Assembly (NCBI GenBank): GCA_963664815.2
Contig: CAXXHB010000003.1
Span: forward strand, 4,192,001-4,256,000
Source of the DNA: Spirochaetota bacterium
GTDB taxonomy: Bacteria > Spirochaetota > UBA4802 > UBA5550
Length of the DNA: 64,000 nt
Reading direction: 5' to 3'
The notes below the pieces were generated by a model, which was not told the origin of the DNA, made no database searches, and worked only from the letters and a program-made list of their open reading frames with translations. Shown in pieces: positions 9,460 to 20,915 of this stretch. A program made the translations under genes and the position numbers. Positions within the stretch are counted from its first letter, which is position 1. Each line of letters begins with the position of its first letter.

Positions 9460-10104
9460 ATGTATTCAATATTCAGCGCAACAAAAGACCTGGTAATGAA
9501 AATCGATTCATTTATTGATCTTGTTATTGAAGCCGTTCTTCATTTTGAAGAGGGTCTAAATCTTTATCTTTCAGGAAAAGAAGATGAATTTAATGAAAGG
9601 CTTGATATAATTAAAATTCTTGAGGAGCGTGCTGACGATTTAAGACAGGATATTGAAGCCCAGTTATACGTTCAAACACTTATTCCTGAGTCCAGAGGGG
9701 ATGTGCTAGGTATACTTGAAAGCATGGATGATATAATTGATTTTTCCAAATCGATTATGTTCGAGTTTTTCGTCGAAAAACCTGATATCCCGCCCTCACT
9801 TCACGAAAGGATTAAAAAGCTTGCAGAGACTGCCGTTGACTCAACACAGGCGCTTGTACAGTCCACAAGATCATATTTTTATGATGTAAACAGCGTAAAA
9901 GACCATCTCCACAAAGTTACATTTTTTGAAAACGAATCAGACCATCTATCAGAAAAAGCTAAAAGAGAAATTTTTCAGCTGAATATTGACCTGAGCAGGA
10001 AACTTCACCTTAAAAATTTTGTTGTTTCGATAGATTCTATTTCAGATATTGCGGAAAAGATATCAAACAGGCTCTCCATCGCGGCAATGAAAAGGACAGT
10101 TTGA
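9460..10104 (+). CDS. DUF47/PhoU-like phosphate transport regulator
   Basis: Twin ExxAD motifs (LEERADDLR, FENESDH), LIPESRGD; overlaps the following pit gene; GGAGG RBS. Confidence 0.88.
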   Translation: MYSIFSATKDLVMKIDSFIDLVIEAVLHFEEGLNLYLSGKEDEFNERLDIIKILEERADDLRQDIEAQLYVQTLIPESRGDVLGILESMDDIIDFSKSIMFEFFVEKPDIPPSLHERIKKLAETAVDSTQALVQSTRSYFYDVNSVKDHLHKVTFFENESDHLSEKAKREIFQLNIDLSRKLHLKNFVVSIDSISDIAEKISNRLSIAAMKRTV

Positions 10105-11585
10105 TGTCGATACTTATCTTTCTCTCCAGTGGTCTTTTTCTTGGATGGTCATTCGGCGCCAATAATGCGGGAAATGTCTTCGGAACTGCAGTGGGATCAA
10201 AAATGGTAAGTTTCAAAGTCGCAGCTATTGTAACAAGTATCTTCCTTATACTCGGTTCTTTTGTATCGGGAGCCGGGGCCACCCTTACACTTGGGAAACT
10301 TGGTTCAGTAAATGAAATCGGTGGTTCTTTTATAGTAGCCCTTGCTGCGGCAGTTGCTATATTCTGGATGACAAAACTTAACCTCCCGGTTTCCACTGCC
10401 CAGTCAATAGTTGGTTCAATAATTGGATGGAACTTTTTTTCAGGATCAATAACTGATTACGAATCATTAATGAAAATAGTTTCGAGCTGGGTTGTTGCAC
10501 CATTAATATCAGGGGTATTCGCTGTTTTTATATACTTTTTGGTAAGACGCCTCCTCGGACGGATAAAAATACACATTCTCTTTCTTGATTTTTACAACCG
10601 AATAGGACTTATTATAGTCGGAGGTTTCGGGGCATACTCACTCGGTGCTAATAACATTGCAAATGTAATGGGCGTCTTCGTTCCTGTAGTTCCATTTAGA
10701 CCTATGGAAACATATCTTGGTGCAATTTCAGGGAGTGAACAGCTTTTTATAATAGGCGGAATAGCCATGGCCGTGGGTGTCTGTACATTCTCTGCAAAAA
10801 CCATGCAGACTGTTGGTAATAATATAATACCACTGACACCGATCACCGCCCTTGTAGTGGTTTTTTCATCATCAACCGTTCTCTTCCTTTTTTCTTCTCA
10901 GAATCTTGAACGACTGCTTGTAACCCATGGACTTCCAGCTATTCCACTTGTACCGATATCAAGCGCACAGGCTGTTGTCGGCGCTATCATCGGCATAGGT
11001 TTGTATAAGGGCGGAGGTAGTATAAATTATAAAATTCTGGGTAAAATAGCTTCCGGTTGGATTACTGCCCCGCTTCTTGCTTGTGTTATAAGCTTTGTTT
11101 CTCTTTTTGTTATTCAGAACGTATTTAACCAGCCGGTTTACAGGCCTGTAAGATATAATATGTCTGCAGGTGTTGAAAAAAAACTCATGGCAGAAGGGAT
11201 AACCTTTCAGGGTATGGAACAATTTGTAAACAAAGAGTTTAAGAATGCTATAGAGTTTAAAAAAGCAATAATCGGTAAGGCCACCGATCTTGAAAACTCA
11301 GATATTAGCCGAATTGTTGAACTTTCGGAGCTTAAAACTATTACTGTCAACACAGATATTATTGAATATGAGATCAATCAGGGTTGGTTCACATCTGAAC
11401 AGGCGGAATCTTTAAAAAAACTGAATGGCAAAAGTTTTGTGTACTCATGGGAGCTTCGTGAAGAGCTTGAAGCAGCTACACAGGACTGGAGGCTTAAAAA
11501 AGAGACTCCTGAAGGGAGGCATATAAATAAAAACATCAACTCAAGGCTTGATTATATCTATAAAAAATTCTGGATAAGTAAATAA
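10101..11585 (+). CDS. PiT-family inorganic phosphate transporter with soluble C-terminal extension
   Basis: Two signature motifs GANNAGN and GANNIAN, LPVSTAQ, multiple TM helices. Confidence 0.92.
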   Translation: MMSILIFLSSGLFLGWSFGANNAGNVFGTAVGSKMVSFKVAAIVTSIFLILGSFVSGAGATLTLGKLGSVNEIGGSFIVALAAAVAIFWMTKLNLPVSTAQSIVGSIIGWNFFSGSITDYESLMKIVSSWVVAPLISGVFAVFIYFLVRRLLGRIKIHILFLDFYNRIGLIIVGGFGAYSLGANNIANVMGVFVPVVPFRPMETYLGAISGSEQLFIIGGIAMAVGVCTFSAKTMQTVGNNIIPLTPITALVVVFSSSTVLFLFSSQNLERLLVTHGLPAIPLVPISSAQAVVGAIIGIGLYKGGGSINYKILGKIASGWITAPLLACVISFVSLFVIQNVFNQPVYRPVRYNMSAGVEKKLMAEGITFQGMEQFVNKEFKNAIEFKKAIIGKATDLENSDISRIVELSELKTITVNTDIIEYEINQGWFTSEQAESLKKLNGKSFVYSWELREELEAATQDWRLKKETPEGRHINKNINSRLDYIYKKFWISK

Positions 11586-11803
11586 ATTGTTTTTAAAAGC
11601 CATAAAACATTTATAAAAAAGTTGGGGGAATCTGCTCTTTAAAAAATTTACTCTTTGATTTAAATTGAATAAGCCCTGATAAATCAGACTCTTCATGAAG
11701 TGAAGGGGAAAGCCGTTATTACCGAGATTAATAAGATAAACAAATACAACGCATGCCCTCTGAAGTGTAATGACAGGGAAGTCAGGATTTCAGATTATCC
11801 AGA

Positions 11804-12208
11804 TCAATTTATATCCTCTCTTGAAAGCATTTCTTCAATTTCATCAGCTTTTGCCGCAACATAAATCAACGATTTCATAAATCTTCTCGGCTCACAGTTC
11901 TCTAACAATACAGTATTGTGCAACACAAGTGTATTATTATCAAGGGCCAGTGCACCATAATCAAATGTAAGATTCTGCTGCAGCGCATTTTTATACAAAT
12001 CCCATGTATTTTCTTTCAATGAGGCTATAACAGAATGATAATGTATTACTCTGTCTCCTGATTCATCCTTTTTTAAATATACAAGAATATCCTGGGATCT
12101 TCCATTATCGAATTCAAGTGTAGTTGTATAATTTCCTTTTCTATCCTTATGAAATGGCATCTTGAATTCACTCGCAATTGCTGATATAAAACCGTCAAAA
12201 ATTTCCAT
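11804..12208 (-). CDS. CesT/YbjN-like (type III chaperone fold) protein
   Basis: About 134 aa, acidic; GRSQ.I, ALQQN...YGALAL, VAAKADEIE pattern. ATG at 12208 with GAGG RBS preferred over TTG at 12223. Confidence 0.65.
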   Translation of the reverse strand: MEIFDGFISAIASEFKMPFHKDRKGNYTTTLEFDNGRSQDILVYLKKDESGDRVIHYHSVIASLKENTWDLYKNALQQNLTFDYGALALDNNTLVLHNTVLLENCEPRRFMKSLIYVAAKADEIEEMLSREDIN

Positions 12209-12488
12209 TTTTACCTCTGACAAAATTTAATAATATTATTCATCTGTATTAATTTATTAACTTTCATAAACAAAATAAACTATTATCTTATAATTACTTA
12301 AGGATGCTTAGAAATAATAATGTATTTTTTTATTCCGAAAAATACATTTAAAAAGTAATTTATTATTACAGTATACTAAATAAAAGTCAAGTTTGAAATT
12401 TATCTGTTGATTCAACTGGTATTTTTTATTGACATGCTTCTTAATGAAAGACATCTTAAATATAGCTCCTGATGAAAGGATAATTTTT

Positions 12489-13376
12489 ATGATAGAAGGT
12501 ATCTTTGTTGAAGGTTTGATATATGGAATAATGGTTCTCGGTGTTTTTATAACCTACAGAATTCTCGATTTCCCGGACCTCACTGTTGATGGATCATTTC
12601 CAATGGGAGCCGCGATAATGGCTTCGCTTATTGTGAATGGATATAATATATTTTTTGCGCTCCTTGCCGCTTTCGCAGGAGGTGTTTCTGCGGGAGTTGT
12701 TACTGCGACAATTCATAACAGACTCAAAGTTCCAAACCTCCTTGCAGGAATACTAACAATGACAATGCTCTGGTCCATTAATATACGGATATTGGGAAAC
12801 AGAGCAAATCTTCCGCTGCTTCAGAATCATACAATAATTACAGACATTGTTGCTGAGACAGAGAGTTTTATTCCACGAGAATATTCAGTACTTATATTTT
12901 TTTTTCTCGTAGCTATAATAATAAAAATTTTACTCGATCTTTTCTTTAAAACAGATATGGGTTTGACTCTTGGTGCTCTTGGTAATAACCAGCAGATGGT
13001 CATTTCACAGGGAGTTAACATAAACATTATGAAAGCTATCGGTGTAGGTCTCTCTAACGGTCTTGTTGCCGTTTCTGGCGCCTTCGCAGCACAATATCAG
13101 GGTTTTGCGGATGTTGGCCTCGGTACAGGCATAGTTATAGTCGGGCTAGCATCAGTGATGATCGGTGAATTTATTGTTACTTCTAACAAAATATGGGTAC
13201 TCACACTGAGAGTACTTGCTGGATCAATAGCCTATAAAGCCATCATGTACCTTGGGCGGTATTATGGTTACCACATCGGGCTTACACCTAATGACCTTAA
13301 GCTGATTGCAGGTCTTCTTATTATTTTATGCCTGATGATAGCACAGGGTAAAAATAAAAATGTTTTGAAAAGGTAA
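12489..13376 (+). CDS. ABC transporter permease (putative aromatic amino-acid uptake type)
   Basis: GVFITYRILDFPDLTVDGSF, LLAGIL, AQYQGFADVGLG, GLASVMIGE; ATG at 12489 follows an AAAGGA RBS. Confidence 0.9.
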   Translation: MIEGIFVEGLIYGIMVLGVFITYRILDFPDLTVDGSFPMGAAIMASLIVNGYNIFFALLAAFAGGVSAGVVTATIHNRLKVPNLLAGILTMTMLWSINIRILGNRANLPLLQNHTIITDIVAETESFIPREYSVLIFFFLVAIIIKILLDLFFKTDMGLTLGALGNNQQMVISQGVNINIMKAIGVGLSNGLVAVSGAFAAQYQGFADVGLGTGIVIVGLASVMIGEFIVTSNKIWVLTLRVLAGSIAYKAIMYLGRYYGYHIGLTPNDLKLIAGLLIILCLMIAQGKNKNVLKR

Positions 13377-13380
13377 AAAA

Positions 13381-14178
13381 ATGATCAGGCTTGAAGATAT
13401 AAAAAAGGTTTTCCACGAAGGGACGGTTAATGAAAATACCGCCCTTAAAAATATCAATTTAACAGTAAATGAAGGAGATTTTATTACCATTATTGGGAGC
13501 AATGGAGCCGGAAAAACTACCCTGTTCAATACTATTTCAGGATCGGTTCCCCTTACTGCGGGTCAGATTTTTTTTAACAATGAAAACATAACAAAAATTC
13601 CAGAGTACAGGAGAGCAAAATTTATCGGTAGAATTTTCCAGGATCCGCTTCTCGGAACCGCATCGAATATGAGCCTTGAAGACAACATGATGATCTGTAA
13701 CAGGAAAGGATTTAAAGGACTTAAAATCAGTTTAAACAGTAAAACAAAGGAAATATTCCGGAATGAACTTAAACTTCTCCAAATGGGACTTGAAGACAGG
13801 ATGGAACACAACCTTCAGCTTTTTTCGGGCGGGCAGAGGCAGGCTCTTACTCTTCTTATGACAGTATTGTCAAATCCTGCCCTTATACTCCTTGACGAAC
13901 ATACAGCCGCGCTTGACCCGAAAAATGCAGCGATTGTCCTTGAACTGACAGACAGATTTATATCTGAAAGAAAACTTACCGCAATGATGATAACACATAA
14001 TATGAGCCAGGCCATTAAATACGGCAACCGTACCCTGATGATGCACAAGGGAGAAATTATACTCGACATTTCCGGAGAAGAGAAAAAGGATATGACTGTC
14101 GAAGGACTTGTTCAGAAGTTCTATACGGTTAAAAATGAACTGTTGACAAACGATGAAGTACTTCTATCGCATGAGTAA
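13381..14178 (+). CDS. ABC transporter ATP-binding subunit
   Basis: GSNGAGKT, FQDP, FSGGQRQ, LLDEHTAALDP. Confidence 0.95.
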   Translation: MIRLEDIKKVFHEGTVNENTALKNINLTVNEGDFITIIGSNGAGKTTLFNTISGSVPLTAGQIFFNNENITKIPEYRRAKFIGRIFQDPLLGTASNMSLEDNMMICNRKGFKGLKISLNSKTKEIFRNELKLLQMGLEDRMEHNLQLFSGGQRQALTLLMTVLSNPALILLDEHTAALDPKNAAIVLELTDRFISERKLTAMMITHNMSQAIKYGNRTLMMHKGEIILDISGEEKKDMTVEGLVQKFYTVKNELLTNDEVLLSHE

Positions 14179-14259
14179 TTGAGAGTAAAAGTATCTGAAG
14201 ATGAAACTGATAGAGCTATCCATCCATTTGTTTTAAAAGGTTATTATTAACTATAAACA

Positions 14260-16077
14260 TTACATTTCTGCACTCTCATAAACCTTAATAAACCTGTCCA
14301 CCAGTTCTCCGAAATGTTTAATTGCTCTCTCAATCGGGGCAGATGTGCTCATATCAACACCCGCATCAACAAGTGCATCAAGTGGATACTTGCTGCCTCC
14401 AAGTTTAAGAAAGCCTAGATATGCATCACGTGCGGATTTCCCTCCTGAAATAACTTTGTCAGCAAGAGCAATAGCGGCGGAGATACCAGTTGCATACTTA
14501 TAAACATAAAATGCCGAGTAAAAGTGTGGTATCCTCAGACACTCAAGTGTCAACACATCATCTATGAAAAGTTTATCTCCAAAGTAGGTTTCAAGGAGTA
14601 CCCTGTACTCGCGCATAATAACCTCAAGCGTCAGAGGATCATTCTGCTCGACAATTTTATGGGAACGCATTTCAAATTCGGCAAACATTGTCTGTCTGTA
14701 CAGAGTCGCCCTGATGTTGTCAATCTCCCTGTTTAGGATATATCCCTGCATCTTTGCGTCATCTCTATAAAGATCAAGCAGGTACCTGCTCAGAAGAGTT
14801 TCGTTGAATGTTGAAGCAACCTCGGCTACAAATATGGTATAATCGCTGAGAATATACGGCTGCGCATGTTTTGAATAGTATGAATGCATTGAATGACCGG
14901 CTTCATGTATAAGCGTATAAAGGCTGTTAATATTTTTGTCTTCATAGTTTAGAAGGATATAAGGGGGAGAGTCATAGCATCCCGATGAATATGCTCCGCT
15001 TCTCTTGCCTTTATTCTCATAACGGTCAACCCATCCTCCAAGAAGACCTTCTCTCATAATCGTTGTATACTCCTCTCCAAGTGTGGCAAGAGATTTTACG
15101 CATATCTCCACCGCCTCATCATATGTCATACTGAAATTAACATCACCTACAAGCGGAACATATGTATCGTAGAAATGAAGTATGTCAAGATTGAGTGTTT
15201 CTCTCCTGAAATCGAGGTATTTAAACAGCGGTGCAGTATTGTTCCTCACTGTACCGACAAGATTATCATATACTTTCTCCGGCATATTGTCCGTGAAGAG
15301 TGAAGCCTCCCTGCTATTCTTAAACTTTCTCACTTTTGCGTAGAAGCTGTCTTTCTTGTTTGAGTGATCAAGTGTCGCGGCAACAGTATTTTTCACATTT
15401 ATATAGGACTGGTAATACTGGAAAAAAGCCTGACTGCGTATATCTCTATCGGAATCCTGTAAAAATGTACTGAAATTTCCATGGCTTAATTCCACTTCAT
15501 TTCCTTCACGGTCGGAAATAGTGCCAAAAGTCATATCTGCATTATCGAGCTGGCTGAATATCTGCGACGGAGCATGGGCGACTTCTCCCATCATGGCGAT
15601 AACCTGCTCAATTTCTTTTGAAAGAGTATGAGGTTTAAATTTTAAAATCTTCTCCAGGTAAAACCTGTAATCTCTCATAGACGGATTGTCCATGTATGAT
15701 AGCACGATCTTTTCGTCAATTTCCTGGATCTCGGGAGTCATAAAGCTTGAAAGCTCGGATATCCTGGTGTAAAGGTTTACCGACCGCTGGTACATCGCAA
15801 GCGTAAACTGGTTTGTTTTATCTTCATCGCTTCTAAGGTGTGCATAGGTATAGATTTTTTCAGTCTCCCGTGAGATGTTCATGTCATATTCAAGCGAGTT
15901 TCTGAAGGTTTCAAGCGACTCACCCATATGCCCTTTGAATTTCTCATAACCGCTGATTTTTCCTTCAAGCTCATTGTATAGTTTTTCCCATTCATCATCA
16001 TTTTTTATCATTTGTGTGAGATCCCACTTATAATTATTGTTAATCTCGTTCCTTTCAGGTATATTTTTTAAAGCCAT
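14260..16077 (-). CDS. pepF: Oligoendopeptidase F (M3B)
   Basis: KWDL, KRSGAYS, HEAGHSMH, FVAEVASTFNE, RIPHFY..FYVYKYATG. Confidence 0.95.
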   Translation of the reverse strand: MALKNIPERNEINNNYKWDLTQMIKNDDEWEKLYNELEGKISGYEKFKGHMGESLETFRNSLEYDMNISRETEKIYTYAHLRSDEDKTNQFTLAMYQRSVNLYTRISELSSFMTPEIQEIDEKIVLSYMDNPSMRDYRFYLEKILKFKPHTLSKEIEQVIAMMGEVAHAPSQIFSQLDNADMTFGTISDREGNEVELSHGNFSTFLQDSDRDIRSQAFFQYYQSYINVKNTVAATLDHSNKKDSFYAKVRKFKNSREASLFTDNMPEKVYDNLVGTVRNNTAPLFKYLDFRRETLNLDILHFYDTYVPLVGDVNFSMTYDEAVEICVKSLATLGEEYTTIMREGLLGGWVDRYENKGKRSGAYSSGCYDSPPYILLNYEDKNINSLYTLIHEAGHSMHSYYSKHAQPYILSDYTIFVAEVASTFNETLLSRYLLDLYRDDAKMQGYILNREIDNIRATLYRQTMFAEFEMRSHKIVEQNDPLTLEVIMREYRVLLETYFGDKLFIDDVLTLECLRIPHFYSAFYVYKYATGISAAIALADKVISGGKSARDAYLGFLKLGGSKYPLDALVDAGVDMSTSAPIERAIKHFGELVDRFIKVYESAEM

Positions 16078-16340
16078 TTAATTCTCTCCTAACCATATTT
16101 AATACAGAATACGCTTGAATATATAAATGGTCAAGTCCCTTAATAATCTTCCGTTTAAAAATTTTATCTTGATATAGTTATTTTAGAAATCAGAACAATT
16201 ATGTTCATCCTTGAATTGAAACATCAAACAAGAGTACTCTTTTTAAAATGCTTGATCTTTTACTGTCCTGAAACATTTTTGTCATTCACCGGATATTTTA
16301 AAAAACCCCGGATTTAAAAGCAGAAAAAGGTAAACAGCAG

Positions 16341-17837
16341 ATGATAAAAGTTTCAGGACTTAATAAATCCTACGGCGGCCAGGTACTCTTTGAAGACTTT
16401 AACCTGAATATAAATCGCGGAGAAAGAATAGGCCTCGTTGGAAGAAATGGTCATGGAAAATCAACACTTTTCCAGATTATTCTTGGACACACCGAAATTA
16501 ACTCAGGAAGCATCACTATCCCGAAGAATTACCGAATAGGGCATCTTGAACAGCATCTGCATTTTACGAAACCGACAGTTCTTGAAGAATGTTCACTAGG
16601 CCTTCCCGCAGGCGAAGAATATGAGACATGGAAAGTTGAAAAAATACTCTCAGGCCTTGGATTTTCAGAAAAGGATATGGGAAATGATCCATTACTGTTC
16701 TCCGGCGGATACCAGATACGTATGAACCTTGCAAAGCTTCTGGTATCAGACCCTGATATGTTGCTGCTTGATGAGCCCAACAATTATCTCGATATCGTGG
16801 CAATCAGATGGCTTGAGGATTTTCTTAAATCATGGGGCGGCGAATTTATTCTTATTACGCATGACAGAAGTTTTATGGACAGCGTTGCAACCCATATTGT
16901 CGCTATTCATCGAACTAAAGCTAAAAAAGTTGAAGGCGACACGGATAAACTTTACACCATGATAAATCAGGAAGAGGAGATTTATGAAAAAACCCGTCTG
17001 AACGAAGCAAAAAAAAGAAAGCAGGAGGAGATATTCATAGCAAAGTTCAAGGCAAAGGCAAGTTTCGCAAGCCGCACACAATCACGTGTAAAGAAGCTTG
17101 AAAAACAGGGAGAGATGAAAGCTCTAGAAATTATTGAAGATCTCGACTTATATTTCAACAGCGCACATTTCTCTGCAGGGCAGATGATATCAGTCGAAGA
17201 TATATCCTTTTCATATAACGGAATAGAACCATTCCTGATAGAAAACTTTTCTCTTACTGTTGGCAAACGCGACAGAATCTGTATCATCGGGAAAAACGGT
17301 AAAGGAAAATCAACACTTATCAAACTGCTTGCCGGCGAACTGAACCCGCTGAGTGGTACTATTAAGAAACATTCATCTCTGCTTGAAGGATATTTCGGAC
17401 AGACAAACAAGCTTGATCTTAACGATAACAGAGCCGTATTTGAGGAGATAAGAAGTGCGGATAAATCCTGCAATGAATTTAAAGCACGAAGCATTGCAGG
17501 GGGATTGATGTTTCCCGGAGATCATGCACTAAAAAAAATAAAAGTTTTATCCGGCGGAGAGAAGAGCCGTGTACTTCTTGGAAAAATTCTTGTCACGCCT
17601 TGTCACCTCCTCTTTCTTGATGAACCGACAAATCACCTTGATATGCAGTCCTGCGATTCACTTATAGAAGCCATTGATGATTTTGACGGATCAGTAATAA
17701 TGGTAACACACAATGAAATGCATTTAAAAAGCGTTGCAACAAAACTCATTGTATTTGACAATAACACGATAAGCATATTTCACGGCACGTACGATGAGTT
17801 TCTCACTGATGTCGGCTGGTCCGACGAGGAGTTTTAA
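16341..17837 (+). CDS. ABC-F family ribosome-associated ATPase
   Basis: Two NBDs ([19 protein letters not shown] and [22 protein letters not shown]) and no TM segments. Confidence 0.93.
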   Translation: MIKVSGLNKSYGGQVLFEDFNLNINRGERIGLVGRNGHGKSTLFQIILGHTEINSGSITIPKNYRIGHLEQHLHFTKPTVLEECSLGLPAGEEYETWKVEKILSGLGFSEKDMGNDPLLFSGGYQIRMNLAKLLVSDPDMLLLDEPNNYLDIVAIRWLEDFLKSWGGEFILITHDRSFMDSVATHIVAIHRTKAKKVEGDTDKLYTMINQEEEIYEKTRLNEAKKRKQEEIFIAKFKAKASFASRTQSRVKKLEKQGEMKALEIIEDLDLYFNSAHFSAGQMISVEDISFSYNGIEPFLIENFSLTVGKRDRICIIGKNGKGKSTLIKLLAGELNPLSGTIKKHSSLLEGYFGQTNKLDLNDNRAVFEEIRSADKSCNEFKARSIAGGLMFPGDHALKKIKVLSGGEKSRVLLGKILVTPCHLLFLDEPTNHLDMQSCDSLIEAIDDFDGSVIMVTHNEMHLKSVATKLIVFDNNTISIFHGTYDEFLTDVGWSDEEF

Positions 17838-17892
17838 AAAGGAGCTTAATAGGTATAAACTGCAATTCGCTTATAAAGAGAGGTTAGTACAT

Positions 17893-18204
17893 ATGATCGC
17901 ACGCGAATGGAGATGCTTCTGCCCTGCAGATAAAATTGAAACATTTATTCCCTACCTTCACATCACCGGGATTAAAGATGCTGAAAATACAACGGGTTAT
18001 ATCGGCGCAGAAATACTACAAAGAATATCTGGTAATTCTTTTGAAGTTGTTCTCATAACCTACTGGAACTCAATAGAATCAATCAGTAAATTTGCAGGGA
18101 GTGATATTGAAAAAGCTGTATTGTATCCTGATGATTGTAAATATGGAATTACCTCCGATCCGGTCGTAAAACATTACTCAGTAGTTGAAAAAAATTTTTT
18201 ATAG
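17893..18204 (+). CDS. Antibiotic biosynthesis monooxygenase-like (dimeric alpha/beta barrel) protein
   Basis: MIAREW...ITYWNSIESISKFAG..IEKAVLYPDD...VKHY pattern; ATG at 17893 follows a GAGAGG RBS. Confidence 0.75.
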   Translation: MIAREWRCFCPADKIETFIPYLHITGIKDAENTTGYIGAEILQRISGNSFEVVLITYWNSIESISKFAGSDIEKAVLYPDDCKYGITSDPVVKHYSVVEKNFL

Positions 18205-18463
18205 TTACCCCATCTTCAACATGTATATCTCTGATATTGAGGTAATACAAATTTTTTACTTCTCCAATAAATAATAGTTTTAAAGCATCCCCTTGCATTA
18301 CTTAAAAATTTTTAAGAGATTTCATTACATTTTTTTGAAAAAGAACAAATCAATATTAAATTCCCTCCATAGGAGAATACATCTATCAGGTAATAATACA
18401 TTTTATGATGTTTTTTTAATGGCATATATTTTCTGTTAAGATGATTTTAATGGGAGTAACACT

Positions 18464-20023
18464 ATGAGTTCAACAAGTAAGATAAAAACATTTGACGAAA
18501 GTAAACTTGAAAAATCAGCAATCTTTAAAGATATAATGCATACCAACAACCGGAGAATGCTGAAATCATTTATTACTATACTGATAATTGCCAATTTTGC
18601 AGTAACCGTTATCAAATTTACAGGGAAAGGATCGGCATACCTTACATACCAGACAATACTTATTCAGATACTGACAATTTCAATAATCCTGGTTTTCACT
18701 GAATTCATGATCAGGAAACGTACAGGTTCAATATTCTCAGGGTATCTGACTATCACGTCAATTGTAGTTTGTCTCGGGATCTTTCAATTTTCATTTCACG
18801 GAGCATCAGAACTATTTGCAGCCAATTATATTACTCTTGCTCTGTGTATATTCTACTTTAATCCATGGTTATGCATTTACAGTCTTCTCATGGTTCTTTT
18901 TTCTCAAACTGTGTTGTTTTTTTTGAGACCTCAGATTATCCCCGGTGGACCAGCCAGCAACATTATTGTAAGATATATTGTATACCTGATGGTTGGCCTT
19001 GGCGCAACTACGGGAGCATCGGCCGCGCGCCATCTTCTTAAATTAACAGTTTCGAAACATAACGAGTCTATGAATAATATTTTTTCATTGAAAGAGATGG
19101 CTCGATCAGTTATTAACTCTATAATGATCCTTAAAACACATGTTTCCCAGCAAGAGGAGATTTCTGACAGTATGAACTCCATATCTGAAAATCAGGCTTC
19201 TGCACTAAACCAGATCACTGATTCCCTTGAAACTCTGGCCTTAAATGCCGAAGCGGTTACTGAAACATCACGTTCACTCTATAATGAAATGAGTTTAACC
19301 GTAGACGAGATTAATGATCTGAAAGACGTTAATGATTCCCTACAGAGCGACTCGCTTCATGTCCAACAGACACTTGGAGAGCTCCTTATTCATTCAAAAG
19401 AATCGTTGTCTCATATAGACAGGACTCGTAACAGGTTTATTACTGTACTTGAAAAGAGCAGTGACATGTCTAATTTTATAAATCTTATAAACGATATAGC
19501 TGATAATGTTAACCTTCTTTCGCTGAATGCTTCTATTGAAGCCGCGCGTGCCGGTGATGCGGGACGCGGTTTCGCGGTAGTCGCTGAACAAATTTCAAAA
19601 CTCGCCGATCAGACATCTGCAAACTCAAAAAAAATTGAGAAAATTATAAAAGAAAACTCCAGTATAATTAATGAGAGCCATGGCCTTATAGGTGAATCTG
19701 CTTTGTTAACAGAAAAACTTCATATTGCTGTTTCGGGAATAAAAGACCAGATTGATATCGCAGTAAACAAAATAGGGGATATTGATGTAACCATACGGAC
19801 TATTCGTAATTTAAATGACCATGTCCACAATTTCAGCAAAACAATTGAAAAATCAACAACAGAACAGAAACAATCAACTGAAGAATCAAGCAAAACAACT
19901 TCAGAAATTGCGGGTCAGGCCGGAGAGATAGTAAACATCTCACGAAGAATAAATGAATCCACACGAATTCTCAATGAACTCGCAGAAGGATTAAGGGGCC
20001 TCGCAGGGGGGATCATAGCCTGA
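18464..20023 (+). CDS. Methyl-accepting chemotaxis protein with multi-TM N-terminus
   Basis: [28 protein letters not shown] signalling hairpin; 5-6 hydrophobic helices. Confidence 0.93.
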   Translation: MSSTSKIKTFDESKLEKSAIFKDIMHTNNRRMLKSFITILIIANFAVTVIKFTGKGSAYLTYQTILIQILTISIILVFTEFMIRKRTGSIFSGYLTITSIVVCLGIFQFSFHGASELFAANYITLALCIFYFNPWLCIYSLLMVLFSQTVLFFLRPQIIPGGPASNIIVRYIVYLMVGLGATTGASAARHLLKLTVSKHNESMNNIFSLKEMARSVINSIMILKTHVSQQEEISDSMNSISENQASALNQITDSLETLALNAEAVTETSRSLYNEMSLTVDEINDLKDVNDSLQSDSLHVQQTLGELLIHSKESLSHIDRTRNRFITVLEKSSDMSNFINLINDIADNVNLLSLNASIEAARAGDAGRGFAVVAEQISKLADQTSANSKKIEKIIKENSSIINESHGLIGESALLTEKLHIAVSGIKDQIDIAVNKIGDIDVTIRTIRNLNDHVHNFSKTIEKSTTEQKQSTEESSKTTSEIAGQAGEIVNISRRINESTRILNELAEGLRGLAGGIIA

Positions 20024-20915
20024 GAAGATTCTCAAGAGCCCCCATCAATTCCGGAAACTTGAACTTATACCCTTCATTCAGCAATTTCTCCGGAATCGCC
20101 CGCTGCCCAACCGTAAGATACAAACCAAATTCTCCAAGCAGGATTCTGAGCACAAATCGCGGCACAAATGGTATAAGAACAGGCCTTTTAACAGCCCACG
20201 CCATTACTTTAGTAAAATCCCTGTTAGTCACAATTCCCGGCGCAGTACAGTTATATGGACCTGACATTTTTTTATCTGAAATAGCTTTGAGAACAATTCC
20301 CGTAACATCATCGATATGTATCCAAGGAAACCACTGCTTTCCGTTTCCGAGAAAACCGCCGAGCATTAACTTATAATTCTTCACAAGCTCCGGAAATGCC
20401 CCACCACCTAAACCAAATACTGAACCGAAACGGAGAAGAACTATGCGGAGTTTTTTACTCTCCCCGTTCAGCGCCTCACTTTCCCAATCACCGCAAACCT
20501 CCGCAAGGAAATTTCTACCTCTTCCTGACTGTTCAGTAATTATTTCATCTCCCCCCTCTCCGTAAAAACCTACGGCTGAGGCATTTATCACTGTTTTTCC
20601 TTTTGAATTTCCGGTGTTGAAGGAATTTATAATATTCGCTGTTGACATTACTCTGCTGTCATATATCTTTTTTTTAACACTTTTATTCCATCTCTGAAAA
20701 AGATTTATTCCAACAAAATTTATGATGATATCATTTTCGGCAATTTTTTTCTGCCACTCCCCCGGGATCATCAAATCTGCACAGACGAATGCAATACCAT
20801 TCTTCAAATCCGCCTCTCTCCTTGCAAAGAGTGTAACATCATGCCCTGCCTCTTTAAGGGATGAAATAACATGTCTCCCGAGAAAACCCAATCCTCCTGC
20901 AACAGCTATTTTCAT
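20013..20915 (-). CDS. TIGR01777 family NAD-dependent epimerase/oxidoreductase (YfcH-like)
   Basis: [43 protein letters not shown]. Confidence 0.92.
   Translation of the reverse strand: MKIAVAGGLGFLGRHVISSLKEAGHDVTLFARREADLKNGIAFVCADLMIPGEWQKKIAENDIIINFVGINLFQRWNKSVKKKIYDSRVMSTANIINSFNTGNSKGKTVINASAVGFYGEGGDEIITEQSGRGRNFLAEVCGDWESEALNGESKKLRIVLLRFGSVFGLGGGAFPELVKNYKLMLGGFLGNGKQWFPWIHIDDVTGIVLKAISDKKMSGPYNCTAPGIVTNRDFTKVMAWAVKRPVLIPFVPRFVLRILLGEFGLYLTVGQRAIPEKLLNEGYKFKFPELMGALENLLRL

Noticed and set aside
16201-16317. 38-codon uORF upstream of the ABC-F gene (possible antibiotic-responsive attenuator)
   Set aside because: No RBS and no terminator/antiterminator pair visible; nothing marks the ABC-F as a resistance subfamily.
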